Shown here: piece by piece, positions 41,640-53,578 of the stretch
Layout: each line of letters starts with the position of its first letter
Position numbering within the stretch: position 1 is the stretch's first letter
Assembly (NCBI RefSeq): GCF_009914755.1
Contig: NC_060932.1
Strand: one strand, 5' to 3'
Source: the human T2T-CHM13v2.0 reference genome, Homo sapiens
Length of the DNA stretch: 64,000 nucleotides
Program-made: the position numbers and the translations under genes
The notes under the pieces: generated by a model
Database searches by the model: none
The model's input: only the letters and a program-made list of their open reading frames with translations
Told to the model about the DNA's origin: nothing

Positions 41640-42050
41640 TGGGCTCCATCCCCTGTGCTTCAGCCATCCCAGCCTCCTTCTGGCTCTGCATATGTGTGGG
41701 GTTGTTCCAGGTCTTGCTGATCCTTTCTTTTTCCCAGGGTGTCTTCTTTATATACCCTCTAGCATTAGTGAACACCAACCCCGCCCTCTTTCACAACCAC
41801 CTAGAGCGTCACTTCCTTTATGAAGTATTCTTTCCTTCTAGACACAGCTAACAACTCTCTCCTGTGTGCGAGTGTGGCATCTCAAATTTTTACCAAAAAA
41901 CCCACAATGAACACTTCAATTTAATGTATCCATCGTTCCTCCTAATTTTTTTGTGGGTGATGCCATGTCTTATTGTTGTGTATTCTCCTAATGCAATGTG
42001 CAGTGTCAGGTATACAGAAAGTGCTTATTAAATAGTTGTAAAGTTAATAA
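41640..42050 (+). mobile_element. L2 fragment
   Basis: gcttcagccatcccagcctcctt...gtcacttcctttatgaagt...gtattctcctaatgcaatgtgcagtgtcaggtatacag. Confidence 0.6.
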
Positions 42051-42384
42051 AGAAAGGAATGATGTTGGAGGAGAATCTTTGTTTCTCTGTTTAATTCAGT
42101 AACTAATGTTGCATGAGATTCAATCCTGGTCTGCATGTGGAGAGTGGGATTGCTCTGGTTTCTTTCTCTGCTTTATCAACTACTTACTCAAGGAAGATGT
42201 ACATCCTGGGGGCTGTCCATGTATGGATTTTGCAGCTAACAAATAGTAAAAGGCTCTTTTTCAAACCTCTGTTTGATGGGCCATCATTACTATTAATAGT
42301 TTAGACATTCTTGGAATTATTGGAATCAAGAATTCTTGGAATCAATCATCATATTTAGCCCTATGGCTTCAGAGTCTGGGATGA

Positions 42385-42646
42385 GGAGGGAAGCACTGGA
42401 GTCTAGTGGTCAGGAGCATGGGCTCTGGCAGATATGGGTTCACATCCTAGGCTCACTACTTCCTAGCTATGTGATGTTGAACACATGAATTTTTCCCAAG
42501 CTCATTTTCTTCACCTTTAAAATAGCAGTCATAATTCCTGCCTCACCAGGCTGCTGTGTTGTTAAAAAGGACTCATAGGAAAAGCATTTTGCGTGGTGTT
42601 TAGTAAATAACTAAGTGATAGCTACTATTGTTTTATTATTATTATC
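42385..42646 (+). mobile_element. MIR SINE
   Basis: tagtggtcaggagcatgggctctgg...gggttcacatcctaggctcactacttcctagctatgtga. Confidence 0.85.
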
Positions 42647-43344
42647 ATGAATTCCTAAAATTCCTTGGAGAAATCAAAGTCAAAGCTCTAACGCTAAGTA
42701 TCAGTGTTTTAATGCTAAATGTCAATGTTCTAATGCTATAGCTGGGGGCCAGGAAAAGAAACAAAATACCCAGAGGTCAAGCCTTTGCAACTCCCAGGAG
42801 GCAGATAACTGTCTTCCTGCTTGCCAAGGCCACTTTGGGCACACTCTGGCTCCTGCTCTCTCCCAGATTAGCGCAGCCCTTAACAGACAGTTCCATGAGA
42901 AAGGGAGTCTGAAACACTTCAAAGGCAGGAAGTGACTGGCCCAGGAGGCAGTGGCCAGCTTGGCAAAAGGTTCAATAACAGATCTGGGATGGATTATGTC
43001 CCGCCCCACCTTTCCTAACTCCAGCACACAGGGCTGAAGGATTGTTGTGTGTGGAGAAGAAGAAAAGATATTATATCCAGGCAGCCCCACGTCTCATGGG
43101 CTCAAGGGGGAAATAAGACTTCATCCTTTAAAAGGGCTGTTCAGTGTCTTCCCTTCAGAAAGAAGGGTCCATATCTTCTACCTGAAAGTGTCTTTCGTGT
43201 AATGAGTTCAAGGCCTTTGGGGGTGTATCTGAACTGCAACTTCAATGTGGGACAATTTATATCTGGTGTGAAATGCACATTCCAAAAAAGTGAGATCCAT
43301 GGTTGCCCCAGCAGAATAGCCAATAAGCAGAGCTCACATTTATG

Positions 43345-43545
43345 GAACGATTACAATATGCCTACAAAGGTTTTATAGGCAGTTACTCATTGAATCTGTA
43401 CTGCCATTTTTGAGGTTTGGATTCATTATTCCTGTAATTCACACAGAGAAAATGACAGCAGGGTCGTTAGCTGGCACAGCCACAGTGCTAGAATGCATAG
43501 AGCTGGGACTAGAACCCAGATCTGTTCTCACCACGGTGCTTTCCT
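43345..43545 (-). mobile_element. MIR SINE
   Basis: cacagagaaaatgacagc...agagctgggactagaacccagatctg. Confidence 0.6.
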
Positions 43546-43743
43546 GACTCAATAAGAAACATTTGTTGGGAAAAGAAATTCTCCAACAAGAATGGAGGAG
43601 AGAAATCAAGTAACTGTGTTTGCATAAAAGAATTCTCATCAAACATGAATCCTATACATGGAGTGCCATAAATAAGAGGTTTGACCTAGAGAAAGGCAGC
43701 ACATTTTTATTTTAACAGTCTAAGATCTTTCCTATGTTTAGAG

Positions 43744-43975
43744 CACTGGTTCTCAACTGGGTATAATTTTGCCCCCTACAGCACAAATGGCAATGTCTGG
43801 AGACACTGGTGGTAACAACTTGTGTGTGTGTGTGTGTGTGTGTCGAGGGAGAGGCAGGTACTACTGGCATCTAATGGGTAGAAACCCATTAAACTGCTGA
43901 ACATTTTAGAATGTATAGGACAGCCCTCACAACAGAAAATTATCTGGCTCAAAATGTCAGTGGTACTGAGGTTGG
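43744..43975 (+). mobile_element. MER20 hAT-Charlie element with an internal (TG)n
   Basis: cactggttctcaactggg...ttttgcccc...ggcaatgtctggagaca...ctactggcatctaatgggtaga...ggacagccctcacaac. Confidence 0.9.
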
Positions 43976-44008
43976 TTTGGAAGATACAGGTCCTTGTTTC
44001 TATTTTCT

Positions 44009-44364
44009 TTTCTTTTTTTAATTCTATTTTTTTATTATTATTATACTTTAAGTTCTAGGGTACATGTGCAGGTTTGTTACATATGTATACATGTGATATG
44101 TTGGTGTGCTGCACCTATTAACTCTTCATTTACATTAGGTATATCTCCTAATGCTATCCCTCTCCCCTCCCCCCACCCCACGACAGGCCCCGGTGTGTGA
44201 TGTTCCCCTTCCTGTGTCCAAGTGTTCTCATTGTTCAATTCCCACCTATGAGTGAGAACATGCGGTGTTTGGTTTTTTGTCCTTGCGATAGTTTGCTGAG
44301 AATAATAGTTTCCAGCTTCATCCATGTCCCTTCAAAGGACATGAACTCATCCTTTTTTTTTTGT
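44009..44364 (-). mobile_element. L1PA (about L1PA5) 5'-truncated 3' end
   Basis: ccccacgacaggccccggtgtgtga; perfect 15-bp TSD ttgtttctattttct at 43994-44008 and 44365-44379. Confidence 0.96.
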
Positions 44365-44904
44365 TTGTTTCTATTTTCTACTCCTGGTTGTGAGCCAAAT
44401 ATATCACTCCCAAAATAGGCCAAGATAAAAACCAACATAAGTGTGCCTCGTGTATGTACAGGAAATAAGGCTAATTTCAAACCTCACTCCCCTCTTCTTC
44501 TCATCATTTGCTCATTTTATGTGATTTTATATTCAATGCAATCAAAACCTCTAATATTAAATCATTTCTAACTTTTAGAACCCTCACAGGCATTACCATT
44601 ATAAGAATCAAGATTGGATGATTTAGAGAGGTATGCTTAATTAATTAATTAATATGTATGGGAGAGGTAAAAGATAAAAGAAGGACAAAGGATTTATGTG
44701 GCCATAAAGCTAAACTTTGCTTCTAGTCTATGATGGGAGAAATCATATGTATTCTCAGCAGCGCTGGTCCCATGTCTGCCACTCTCTGCCCCACAAGAAT
44801 TTGACGAAGAGAAGCGGGATCGGGAGGGGGAGTTGCCCACTGAGAGTATGATTAAGGAATCAACCCTCTGACCGCATGAAGATGAAGGTCAGAATCTCCA
44901 AAGA

Positions 44905-45217
44905 GGCCGGACATGGTGGCTCATGCCTGTAATCCCAGCACTTTGGGAGGCCGAGCCGGGCAGATCACGAGGTCAGAAGATCGACACCATCCTGGCTAAC
45001 ATGGTGAAACCCCATCTCCACTAAAAATACAAAAAATTAGCCAGGCGTGGCGGCCGGCACCTGTGGTCCCAGCTATGCAGGAGGCTGAGGCAGAAGAATG
45101 GTGTGAACCTGGGAGGCGGGGCTTGCAATGAGCCGAGATTGCGTCACTGCACTCCAGCCTAGGCGACAGAGCGAGACTCTGTCTCAAAAAAAGAAAAAAA
45201 GAAAAAAATATAATAAA
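44905..45217 (+). mobile_element. AluY SINE
   Basis: gatcacgaggtc, ccatcctggctaaca, gaatggtgtgaacc, gcttgca; TSD agaatctccaa(a/c)ga at 44891-44904 and 45218-45231. Confidence 0.96.
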
Positions 45218-45343
45218 AGAATCTCCAACGAGATTGGTATCAGGATGACAGAGAACTTGGGTTAAGTGTAATAAAACAGAGATGCATACATACTAACTGG
45301 TAACTTCCCATTATCGTTAGTAAACTGGAAAGCACAATAAGTC

Positions 45344-45757
45344 TGTGATGGTTAATTTTATGTGTGAACTTGATTGGGCCACTGGGTGTCCAGATATTTG
45401 GTTAAACATTATTCTGGGTTTGTCTATAAAGGTATTTGTAGATAAGATGAACAACTGAATTGGTAGACTTTGTAAAGCAGATAGCCCTCCCTAATACAAG
45501 TGGACCCCATTCAATCCATCGAAGGCCTAAAGAGAATAGGCTGGGTAAGGGATAATTCACTCTTTCTGCCTGACTGCCATCTCCTGCCTTTGGACTCAAA
45601 TTCAGACTGGAACCATACCGTTGGCTCTCCTGGATCTCCAGTTTGCAAATCTTGGGACTTCTCTACCTTCACAATTGAATAAGCCAATTCCTTATAATAC
45701 ATCTCTCTATACATATTTATGCATCTTATTAGTTCTGTTTTTATGAAGAACCTTGAG
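45344..45757 (+). mobile_element. MLT2D-like ERVL LTR
   Basis: tgtgatggttaattttatgtgtgaacttgattgggcca...ccagatatttggttaaacattattctggg...tattagttctgttt. Confidence 0.9.
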
Positions 45758-45794
45758 GAGCAGAGTCTACAGATAACACAATGACCATAAGAGT

Positions 45795-45935
45795 TAGCAC
45801 TATCATTCACCAAGTACTTCCTAGGTGCTTAGCATCAGGCTAAGAACCTGTGTTCACTTTGCAGCAACCAAAGTAGGTAGGTACCATGACCTTTACTCCA
45901 CAAATGCAGAAAGCCAGACTTGGAGGGGTGAGTGA
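45795..45935 (-). mobile_element. MIR fragment
   Basis: caagtacttcctaggtgc...gcagcaacc...ggtaggtacc...acaaatgcagaaagccagacttggagggg. Confidence 0.5.
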
Positions 45936-47105
45936 TGGAAGACAGGCTGTGGCCTTTAGGCTAGGCTATGATCTTTGATCTGACTATGAAATATCAGGGG
46001 CCTGTTAATTCCAGAAATGTTAAGCGAGAAATACAAGGTCTCAAGGCCCCATGGCAACATTTTTAGACGAATACCTAGATGGGATAGGAAGGCCTTGGCC
46101 TCCACCCCCACCCTCTCACCCCTTGGTGTTATTGTTTCTATTAAAATGTAACTGGCTCCTGATACTGTCAGAGGAGTAGTTCTGCTGCCTGGCTTTGCAG
46201 TCCTCGTTGCTTGGATGGTCACCTTTCTCTGGGGAGTTTTGAAGGGTTCTCGTGACAAGTGAAGGTCCCAACCAACACACACATTGAGAACGTGAGAGAA
46301 AAAGAATGCCCTTGTGTGCAAACTGTCTCTCTCCTTTTCCTCAGCCCTTGGGGAAAAAAAAGGACATTGTATTTGCTCACTTACTGTTCTAAAAGTAAGG
46401 CCACTAGTCTACTACACTGTGAGCCTGAAAAACCTCTCAGAAACTGACTCTGATTCCTGGAGGTTAAATTGAATCTCTAGATTCCGAGGTTTAAGAACCC
46501 TGACATTTTGATGAGAGATTCTCAAACTTGACTGCCTCAAACTCATCTGAGGGAGCTTCTTAACATTTTTCTTTTGTCCAGCTTGTCTCCATTTCCAATG
46601 ATTCAGAATGTCCAGGGGAGGACTAGAAAACTCTGTTTAATCATAGCCTTGAGAATTCACACAAAAGCAGCTTGGCAAAATCCATGAACACACCTACATC
46701 TTTCCCCCAGTACTTAAATAGTAGTTATTTGTCCTTCAGACAGAGAAAAGTGGTATATACGGCAGGAAAATTTGCTTTATAGCCTTGTTCTTTTCACATA
46801 ATAAAATGCCACAAATCCTGGATATAATACAGTGCAGTGATCCAAATATTTAGAGTGAGGCAGACAGGAGAAGCTATTCAACCCAGTCAAAGTCCTGGGA
46901 ATACAGGCATGGTCCATCATTCCAGGATTGTTTACAGGTTTCTCATACATCAATCAAACAACATGTATTGTATTAAACACTAAAGTATCCTGCATTGCCT
47001 TGGGGGCTTCAGGGGTTGAAGAGTCTCCAATCTGTATAATTACACATATTGTTACATAGAATCTGTATCACAATCTATTAGAATCACTGATGCGCTGTCT
47101 CTAGA

Positions 47106-47294
47106 TGAGTGTTTCTCAAACTTTACTCTGCTTAGAAATGCCCCAGAGAGCTTGGTAAAATGCTGTTTTCTGGGCACCAAATGGAAATAATCTGATTCAG
47201 TAGATCTGGGATAGCCCTGTGACTTTGAATTCATAATAATGTTGCAGGGACACTGATATTGCTAGTCTGAGGACCTCTCTGTAAGCACTACTGC
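47106..47294. mobile_element. MER5A hAT-Charlie element
   Basis: gtgtttctcaaacttt...gagcttggtaaaatgc...tctgattcagtagatctggg...gctagtctgaggacc. Confidence 0.8.
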
Positions 47295-47299
47295 TGTGA

Positions 47300-47430
47300 A
47301 CCTTAAGTTCCTTCAGGCAAGAAGTATGTCTCATTCTTCTCTTTCTGTTGTGTGTGGTAGAATGTCGGGACTATCAAAGGTGCTCCTGAAATGTTTGTCA
47401 AATGAGTGAGTGAATCAATGAATGTATGTA
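47300..47430 (+). mobile_element. L2 3' end
   Basis: taagttccttcaggcaagaagtatgtctcattc...ggtgctcctgaaatgtttgtcaaatgagtgagtgaat. Confidence 0.65.
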
Positions 47431-48440
47431 TGAAGAAAGCCACATGAATGAAATCAGCAGTTTTCAAGTATGGGCAGAATTTCCTGGGAGGCCAGGATAT
47501 TGTTCTCTAATGAGAATTGGTTTAGAAATTTCAGTATATGCAAGTATCTGAAACTCTATATATTCTGTGTGATCATTTAGGATATCTATTAACTCCAGTC
47601 TCTGGGGAATGTTTCCCTAGAAAGATGGCAAAGCCTCACCCAGCTTTACAGCTCTCTTGAGCTAGAAGCCTGGTGACAACAGTGGACTATCATCTTGTAC
47701 CACATGAATACAGGATGATGCATTTCTGGGAGAAGCATCATCAGGCCAGATGCTCTCAGCAGGGATGCATTTGTACAGCCAATTAGTCACTGGTAACCTC
47801 AGTGATTCCATTTTTTTTTTGCACTGGACAGAGGCAAGTATCTCAAGCCATTACATTCTGACAGCCAGCTAAAAGCCCATTGAACCTTCCAGAGGACAAC
47901 TCTGTCCACTGGCACAAAACAGCATAAAAATGTACCTTGAAGTATAATCTAAGATACCATTGAAATTTCCCTCCGTCTCCACAATGTTAGACTGGGTGGC
48001 AGATTATACTCCGAGGGACTGTTTTCTAATTTCTCTCATTGCTTCTACACCCCATCTCTCTTAGTCACAGAGCACAGAGCCTTGTGTGTTTGTCAACTGT
48101 ATGAATAAGTGAAGTTCCTTTCTTCTTCTTCTTCTTTTTTTAAATTATCTTTTCTCCTCTTTGCCTTTTGCTTTAAACTTATTTTAATTTCAAGGGCTTC
48201 TCTGTTGACTGATCCAACAGATTCTGCATTGGAACAATGTTCTCTAAGATTCACTACTTTAGATAAAATATTTTTAAAAATCTCCAGATCCTGCAGCTTT
48301 TCCAAGAGAAAAAGAAAAGCACACTTTTAAAGGAGAATACAAGGTCTACGTAAATACTCCTTTTTTTTTTGTCACCTCTCAAGGAGATAGAAATATCTCT
48401 TTTGGAAACAAAGCTATGCAAGATAAAAATGTATTAATGA

Positions 48441-48720
<280 letters not shown>

Positions 48721-48795
48721 AGTATTAATGAATAATCCTTACAACAGTGATGACATTTTGTCATACGGAATCTTAGAGTAGAAGGTATCTTTAAA

Positions 48796-48925
48796 CAGTG
48801 CTTCTCAAATTTTAAGATGTGTGTATGCATCACCTGGGTATCTTGTTAAAATGCAGATCACATAGTTCTACAAGTTGTCAGGTGATACCAGTGCTGCTGG
48901 TGTGTGGACCATACTTTGAGTAGGA
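48796..48925. mobile_element. MER5A element, internally deleted
   Basis: cagtgcttctcaaatttt...atcacctgggtatcttgttaaaatgcagat...gctgctggtgtgtggaccatactttgagtag. Confidence 0.85.
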
Positions 48926-48933
48926 AGGAGGAG

Positions 48934-48997
48934 GAGTAAGTGCTACTGGCACTGGCTACTCCTGAAAGAAGGCCTCACATATTCTCTCAAAGCCTAT
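48934..48997 (+). repeat. 64-bp dispersed direct repeat, copy 1 (copy 2 at 51218-51281)
   Basis: 62 of 64 positions identical by direct comparison. Confidence 0.95.
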
Positions 48998-49002
48998 GTG
49001 AA

Positions 49003-49195
49003 CTGAACTATGTGCAATGATGGAAATGTTCTAGATCTGGTCTAACATGGCAGCCATTAGCCACATGTGGCTACTGAGCACTTGAAATGTAGCTGGTGCA
49101 TGGAGGAAATTACTTTTAAATTTTATTTAATTCCAATTCATTTATCTTTATATGGTTATGTATGCCTGGTGGCTACCATATTTGACAGCGCCACT
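49003..49195 (+). mobile_element. MER3 hAT-Charlie element lacking its left terminus
   Basis: gcaatgatggaaatgttctag...tagccacatgtggctactgagcacttgaaatgt...gtggctaccatatttgacagcgc. Confidence 0.88.
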
Positions 49196-49628
49196 CTGTA
49201 GTGGAGAAAAGAGAGACAGCAATTTAATAAAAAAATAAAGTTTAGAGAGAAGAAACCTAAACAGCAAGGTGAAGCTTCAAATCCTTTCACCCATATTGTA
49301 AGTGTACTCTTGTTCTCACTCTCCTTCCTGCTGTATGTAGGGAGGGCTCAAGGCTTCTCCTCTGTTCTCCATCATGTTCCCAGAATCACTCTATATACAA
49401 AATAGTAATTAGAAAAGGCTTCATAAACATTCTGAAGTGCGGATGATTATCTTGTTTACATAAACCTCTTTGAATTGGCAAAATCAAGCAAGAAATCTTA
49501 TGAGAAATAGTTCCTTTGTTATGAGCTCTTTCCCCTTGGGTCATACCAGGGCAGGATTCTGAAGACAGTCTCCAAGGTTATTATATTGTGGGTTCTTGCC
49601 CTTTGGTCTGGAACACAGAGGGAAATGC

Positions 49629-49666
49629 AAACATTTCTGGAATGTCCAGACATTCCAGAAAAGTTT
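49629..49666. repeat. Inverted repeat: 18-bp arms with one mismatch and a 2-nt spacer
   Basis: aaacatttctggaatgtc-ca-gacattccagaaaagttt. Confidence 0.9.
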
Positions 49667-50439
49667 AAAAGAAAAAAGAGCTCAAGTCGAGTTCCCCAAA
49701 ATGAGAAACTGCTGAGGGTGGTGAAAGGGTAGGGCTTGGTTTTGTCTGAACTACAGCCTTCAGCTCTCAGCAGGTTACAATCTATATTGCAGTTAACGAG
49801 GTTTGGAGATCTTCCCTGGGCTGGTGGGTACTAATTTCCATTGAGGAAAGAGTTATGAGATGTCTTAATGATAACAGATAATTTCTCTGTGTGGGCAGAG
49901 CCTCAAAGCACGTTGCTATAAAACTGTGTGGACTGGGCTATTTCTTTTGTGTACGCACTTTCCCCTTAAAGAATCCACTTGGCATGAGTCTCAAACCTGC
50001 TTGGGGACCCTTGTGATTAATTGCTTGAACTGGCTGGTGGCCATCAGCAGGATCTTGCAATTTACCAGGTTCTACACAGAATTATGAAGCTGAAGGTTTA
50101 ATGAGATTTTAGGTAATAGAGCCCAGATGTCCAAGACTACGATGTTTGAAATTACACTGCTTGCAAAGCTGTGGGGCTTAAACCTTATTTATTTCTTGCT
50201 TAGTTGATTTCCTTATTCCCATCTTTATGTAATCTTGGACCAGTCAAATAAGGCCTTTACCTTGACATACTGTATCTAGAGAAGCTATTCACAAACACAC
50301 ACCTGTGGCCAATACCCTGGAGAGCCCAGAGAGCCAAGACCCCCCTACCTTTCAGCCCAACCTCCTGGGATCATCTCTCAGCCAAGGATATGGTAATTAC
50401 CAAACCTCTTAGCCAAGGATATGGTAATTAACAGTCCTA

Positions 50440-50820
50440 CCACCACCTTGCTGCTATGCAGCACTTAACTTCCAGATTGCTTTCACACATTTAATTGCAT
50501 TTTATTCTGTCAGGGTCCAGGAGAAATGGGCTGGGATGGTATTATCTCTATTTGGATGAGGAAACCAAGGTACACAGAAGACAAGGGATAATAATAGCTA
50601 ACATTTGTGAAACCCTCATGTGCCAAGAAGTACTGTTCCCTGGGGTTTACGTGCATTATTACTTTTAAGCCTCGTAACAGCTTTGAAGTTGATATGATTA
50701 TCAGTTCCGCTTTGAAATGGGAGAACTAGAGCACAAAGAGGTTGGGTCACACCACTAAGAACTGATGAAGCCAGGATGAAACCTGCTCTGGCTCTTAGTT
50801 ATATGCACTTCCACCTCCCT
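50440..50820 (-). mobile_element. Two adjacent MIR fragments
   Basis: ggatgaggaaaccaaggtacacaga; ataatagctaacatttgtga...catgtgccaag...gggagaactagagcacaaagaggtt. Confidence 0.75.
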
Positions 50821-51029
50821 AAGGAAGTGTAGTCTGCATCACAGCCAAGACCTGGAATCTGTTATTGTTAAAGCAGTATTCTTTGTACATCATTTGCGAG
50901 GAGGAAGACAAATCCCAGATACATTTACTAATGAGAAGCTACCTATACCATTTTTCCCTGCTGTCCTCCAGAGCAGTGCAGCTTGGAGAGGGATTCTATT
51001 TATTGTTGTCTCATTTGAAAAGAAAAAAA

Positions 51030-51500
51030 CAAGAAAACAACTTGACCTAATATTCCAGGCCATTCATGATGGCAACCTCAACTTCTCCTTCCATCCTTAT
51101 CCACAATGCATTCCAGACACAGAAATGGATTAAATTTGTCTTACACGGCCCTACCCTTGTTTACATGGTCTCTACTTCTTTCTTCATCCTTCTGCCCAAA
51201 TTCTACCCTTTCTGTAAGAGCAAGTGCTACTGGCACTGGCTACTTCTGAAAGAAGGCCTCACATATTCTCTCAAAGCCTATCTCTCCCTGCTCTGAACCT
51301 CCACATGATTTTGTTGAATGAATGGATGAACAAATGGAATAACCATCATCTCTTGATTGCTGTCCTAGGCACTGTGCTAAACATCAGGGATATAAAAATG
51401 AACAACAAATAACCCCTGCCCTTGCCTTCAGAAAGCTCCCAGTCTAATGAGAGATTCGCACACAGAAAAACCACTACTGCACGATGTCCTGCATGCTATT
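51030..51500. mobile_element. L2 fragments (+ at about 51030-51335, - at about 51340-51500)
   Basis: attccaggccattcatgat...ctctccctgctctgaacctcc...gttgaatgaatggatgaa; tgtcctaggcactgtgctaaacatcagggatata. Confidence 0.6.
51218..51281 (+). repeat. 64-bp dispersed direct repeat, copy 2
   Basis: gagcaagtgctactggcactggctacttctgaaagaaggcctcacatattctctcaaagcctat. Confidence 0.95.
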
Positions 51501-52473
51501 ATAGAAGGGCAAGATTCCAGGGGAGCAGAAGGGAGGGGGAGGAGCTCTCCTTGCTGTTTACAGATATGGCTGGGAATTCTGCCCAAGCCTTATCCCCCCA
51601 TCTAGTTACGGAAACTTCACGTGGGAAGGGATTGTGTTTAAGCATCTTTGCACAACTCCCAAATCATCAGCATAGTCTCCTAAACTAAACAAACGTAAGA
51701 TAAATAATGAAGGACTGTATTAGAAGCGATGGAGTCTCACTCATTATGGTAGGGGCAGTCTACAAGCCTCTCCTCTCCTCTTTGCAGTGGAAATAAAGAA
51801 GAGGAAAGCAGGCCCTTGCTGCTGTCCACAGTGGCCCTCCAATGGAGCTGGCCCAGACAGAGAGAGAGGGAGGAAGCTCCTGGCATTTCCTTAGGGTGAG
51901 TGAGTAGCAATGACCTAAACGACAGCTTTCTTTTGCAAGGGCCAAGGAATGTTTAATGTCCTGCTTTAAAATAACAGTTTGGGCAAGTCTTCCTTAAACC
52001 TACTTCTGTTCTGAAGAGTTGGAAAATATTTCTTATTTTAAATTATTCCCATTTCAGAGAAGTAATTCTGAATCTATAAAATTATGAGGCCCTTATAAAA
52101 CTCTACAAGTAAGCTTTTTTTTTTCTTAATTTTCTATTCTTCTGAACAGGATTGCGAGGGAGTCCTGGGCAGTGGCCCAGCCCCATGAAAAGCTTTCCCT
52201 CCAGACGGTTAGTGTTTGGTTTCGGGGGACTACAACAGCACTTCATTCATATTTTTGAAGTTTGCTGGAGACAGGAGGTGGAATGGCTGTCACTACACAA
52301 TATTCATATCTTTCCAGAACCACCAACCTGTGTTGCCCTACCATTTTAAGGAACCAGTGTGGGATAAGGAAGATAACAAATTCTTCCATTTGGCAGCTTT
52401 GAGACTGGTCAAGTTGTTTAAGTTCTATGAGCCATCTGAACCACAGCTTCCTCATGTGTAAAAGGAGAAGATT

Positions 52474-52521
52474 TGTGTGTGTGTTGCAGATTTTGTGTGT
52501 GTGTGTGTGTGTGTTTGTGTG
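52474..52521. repeat. Interrupted (TG)n microsatellite
   Basis: Direct reading. Confidence 0.85.
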
Positions 52522-52552
52522 AACTACTATATTTCATTAAATCCAAGATACA

Positions 52553-52730
52553 TTTTTTTCAAAAAGCTTTAGAGATGGGGGTCTCACTATGTGGCCCAGA
52601 ATGGAGTGTAGTGGCCCTTTGTAGGCAAGATCATAGTGCACTGTAGTCCCAAACTCCTGGGCTCAAGTGATCTTCCTGCCTCAGCCTCCCAAGTGGCTGG
52701 GACTACAGGTGTGTGCCACCATGTCTGACC
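52553..52730 (-). mobile_element. FAM (fossil Alu monomer)
   Basis: Monomer with the FAM-type segment gtggccctttgtaggcaagatcatagtgcactgtag; flanks caagatacattt / caaagtacattt. Confidence 0.82.
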
Positions 52731-52859
52731 CAAAGTACATTTAAAAAAAATGTACCACTGAGAAAGAAAAAAAAGATGCTGATTAAACTATGATATAATG
52801 CTTTTTATAGTCCCGCATCAGGCATAATTATTAGCCTTTTGTGGCTTAAAGATTTCTTT

Positions 52860-53352
52860 AATCTGCTCTAAAGAACTTGACAATTTCTATGCCTTCTGGT
52901 ATAAACTTCATGTGTGATAAGTAAACATTTTGGATGTATCTCCATAATAAAATGAAACACACCTTCATCTACTTGTAATAACTTTCTATTTGAGGTAGTG
53001 CAAAGCTCAGTTTGCTGCTTTGCAAAAATATATGAAGTTGTAATTATACCTCCAATGTCAAACATTTGCCTCACTAATGGCACTGTTTCTTTGACTTTTG
53101 GCATACAAGACACATTTTTCCTTCAATGCCAAATTATAGTATAATATTTCTGAAGATGTTTTTCAACAGTGATTAAACTCAACAGGTGAATTTGAGTGAA
53201 GTAATGAAGATATGCACAATCACAGGCCACTTCAGACGTGCATCACTGCCATGTGACCTACAGTGATTACAAGACTTCCTAGATTGTAAAAGGTACAATT
53301 CAGAAATGTTAAAATATGAGACAAGTTGGATCTCAGATGCAATGAAATACGG
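52860..53352 (-). mobile_element. Kanga-like (TcMar-Tc2) DNA transposon, 5' part with a transposase relic
   Basis: TIR-like end gatgcaatgaaatacgg followed by TA; ORF 52868-53113(-) contains QVDEGVFHFIMEIHPKCLLIT, which resembles a pogo/POGK-type HTH. Confidence 0.7.
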
Positions 53353-53578
53353 TAAATGAAAGAGCATATATCATGGATCTTGTATCCTGTAGATACCTAA
53401 CAAACCTCAAATCCCTGCCTTTTTAATAAAGAATGAGAATACGATGAAGCATAAAAGGGTGGAGGGAGGCTGGACCTCATCTTTTGGCAAAGAGATAAAA
53501 TACTGAATTTAAATCTGAATCTTGTAGGGTAAAATTTATATTACAGGAAATAAAAACCATGAATGATCTCCATATCCT

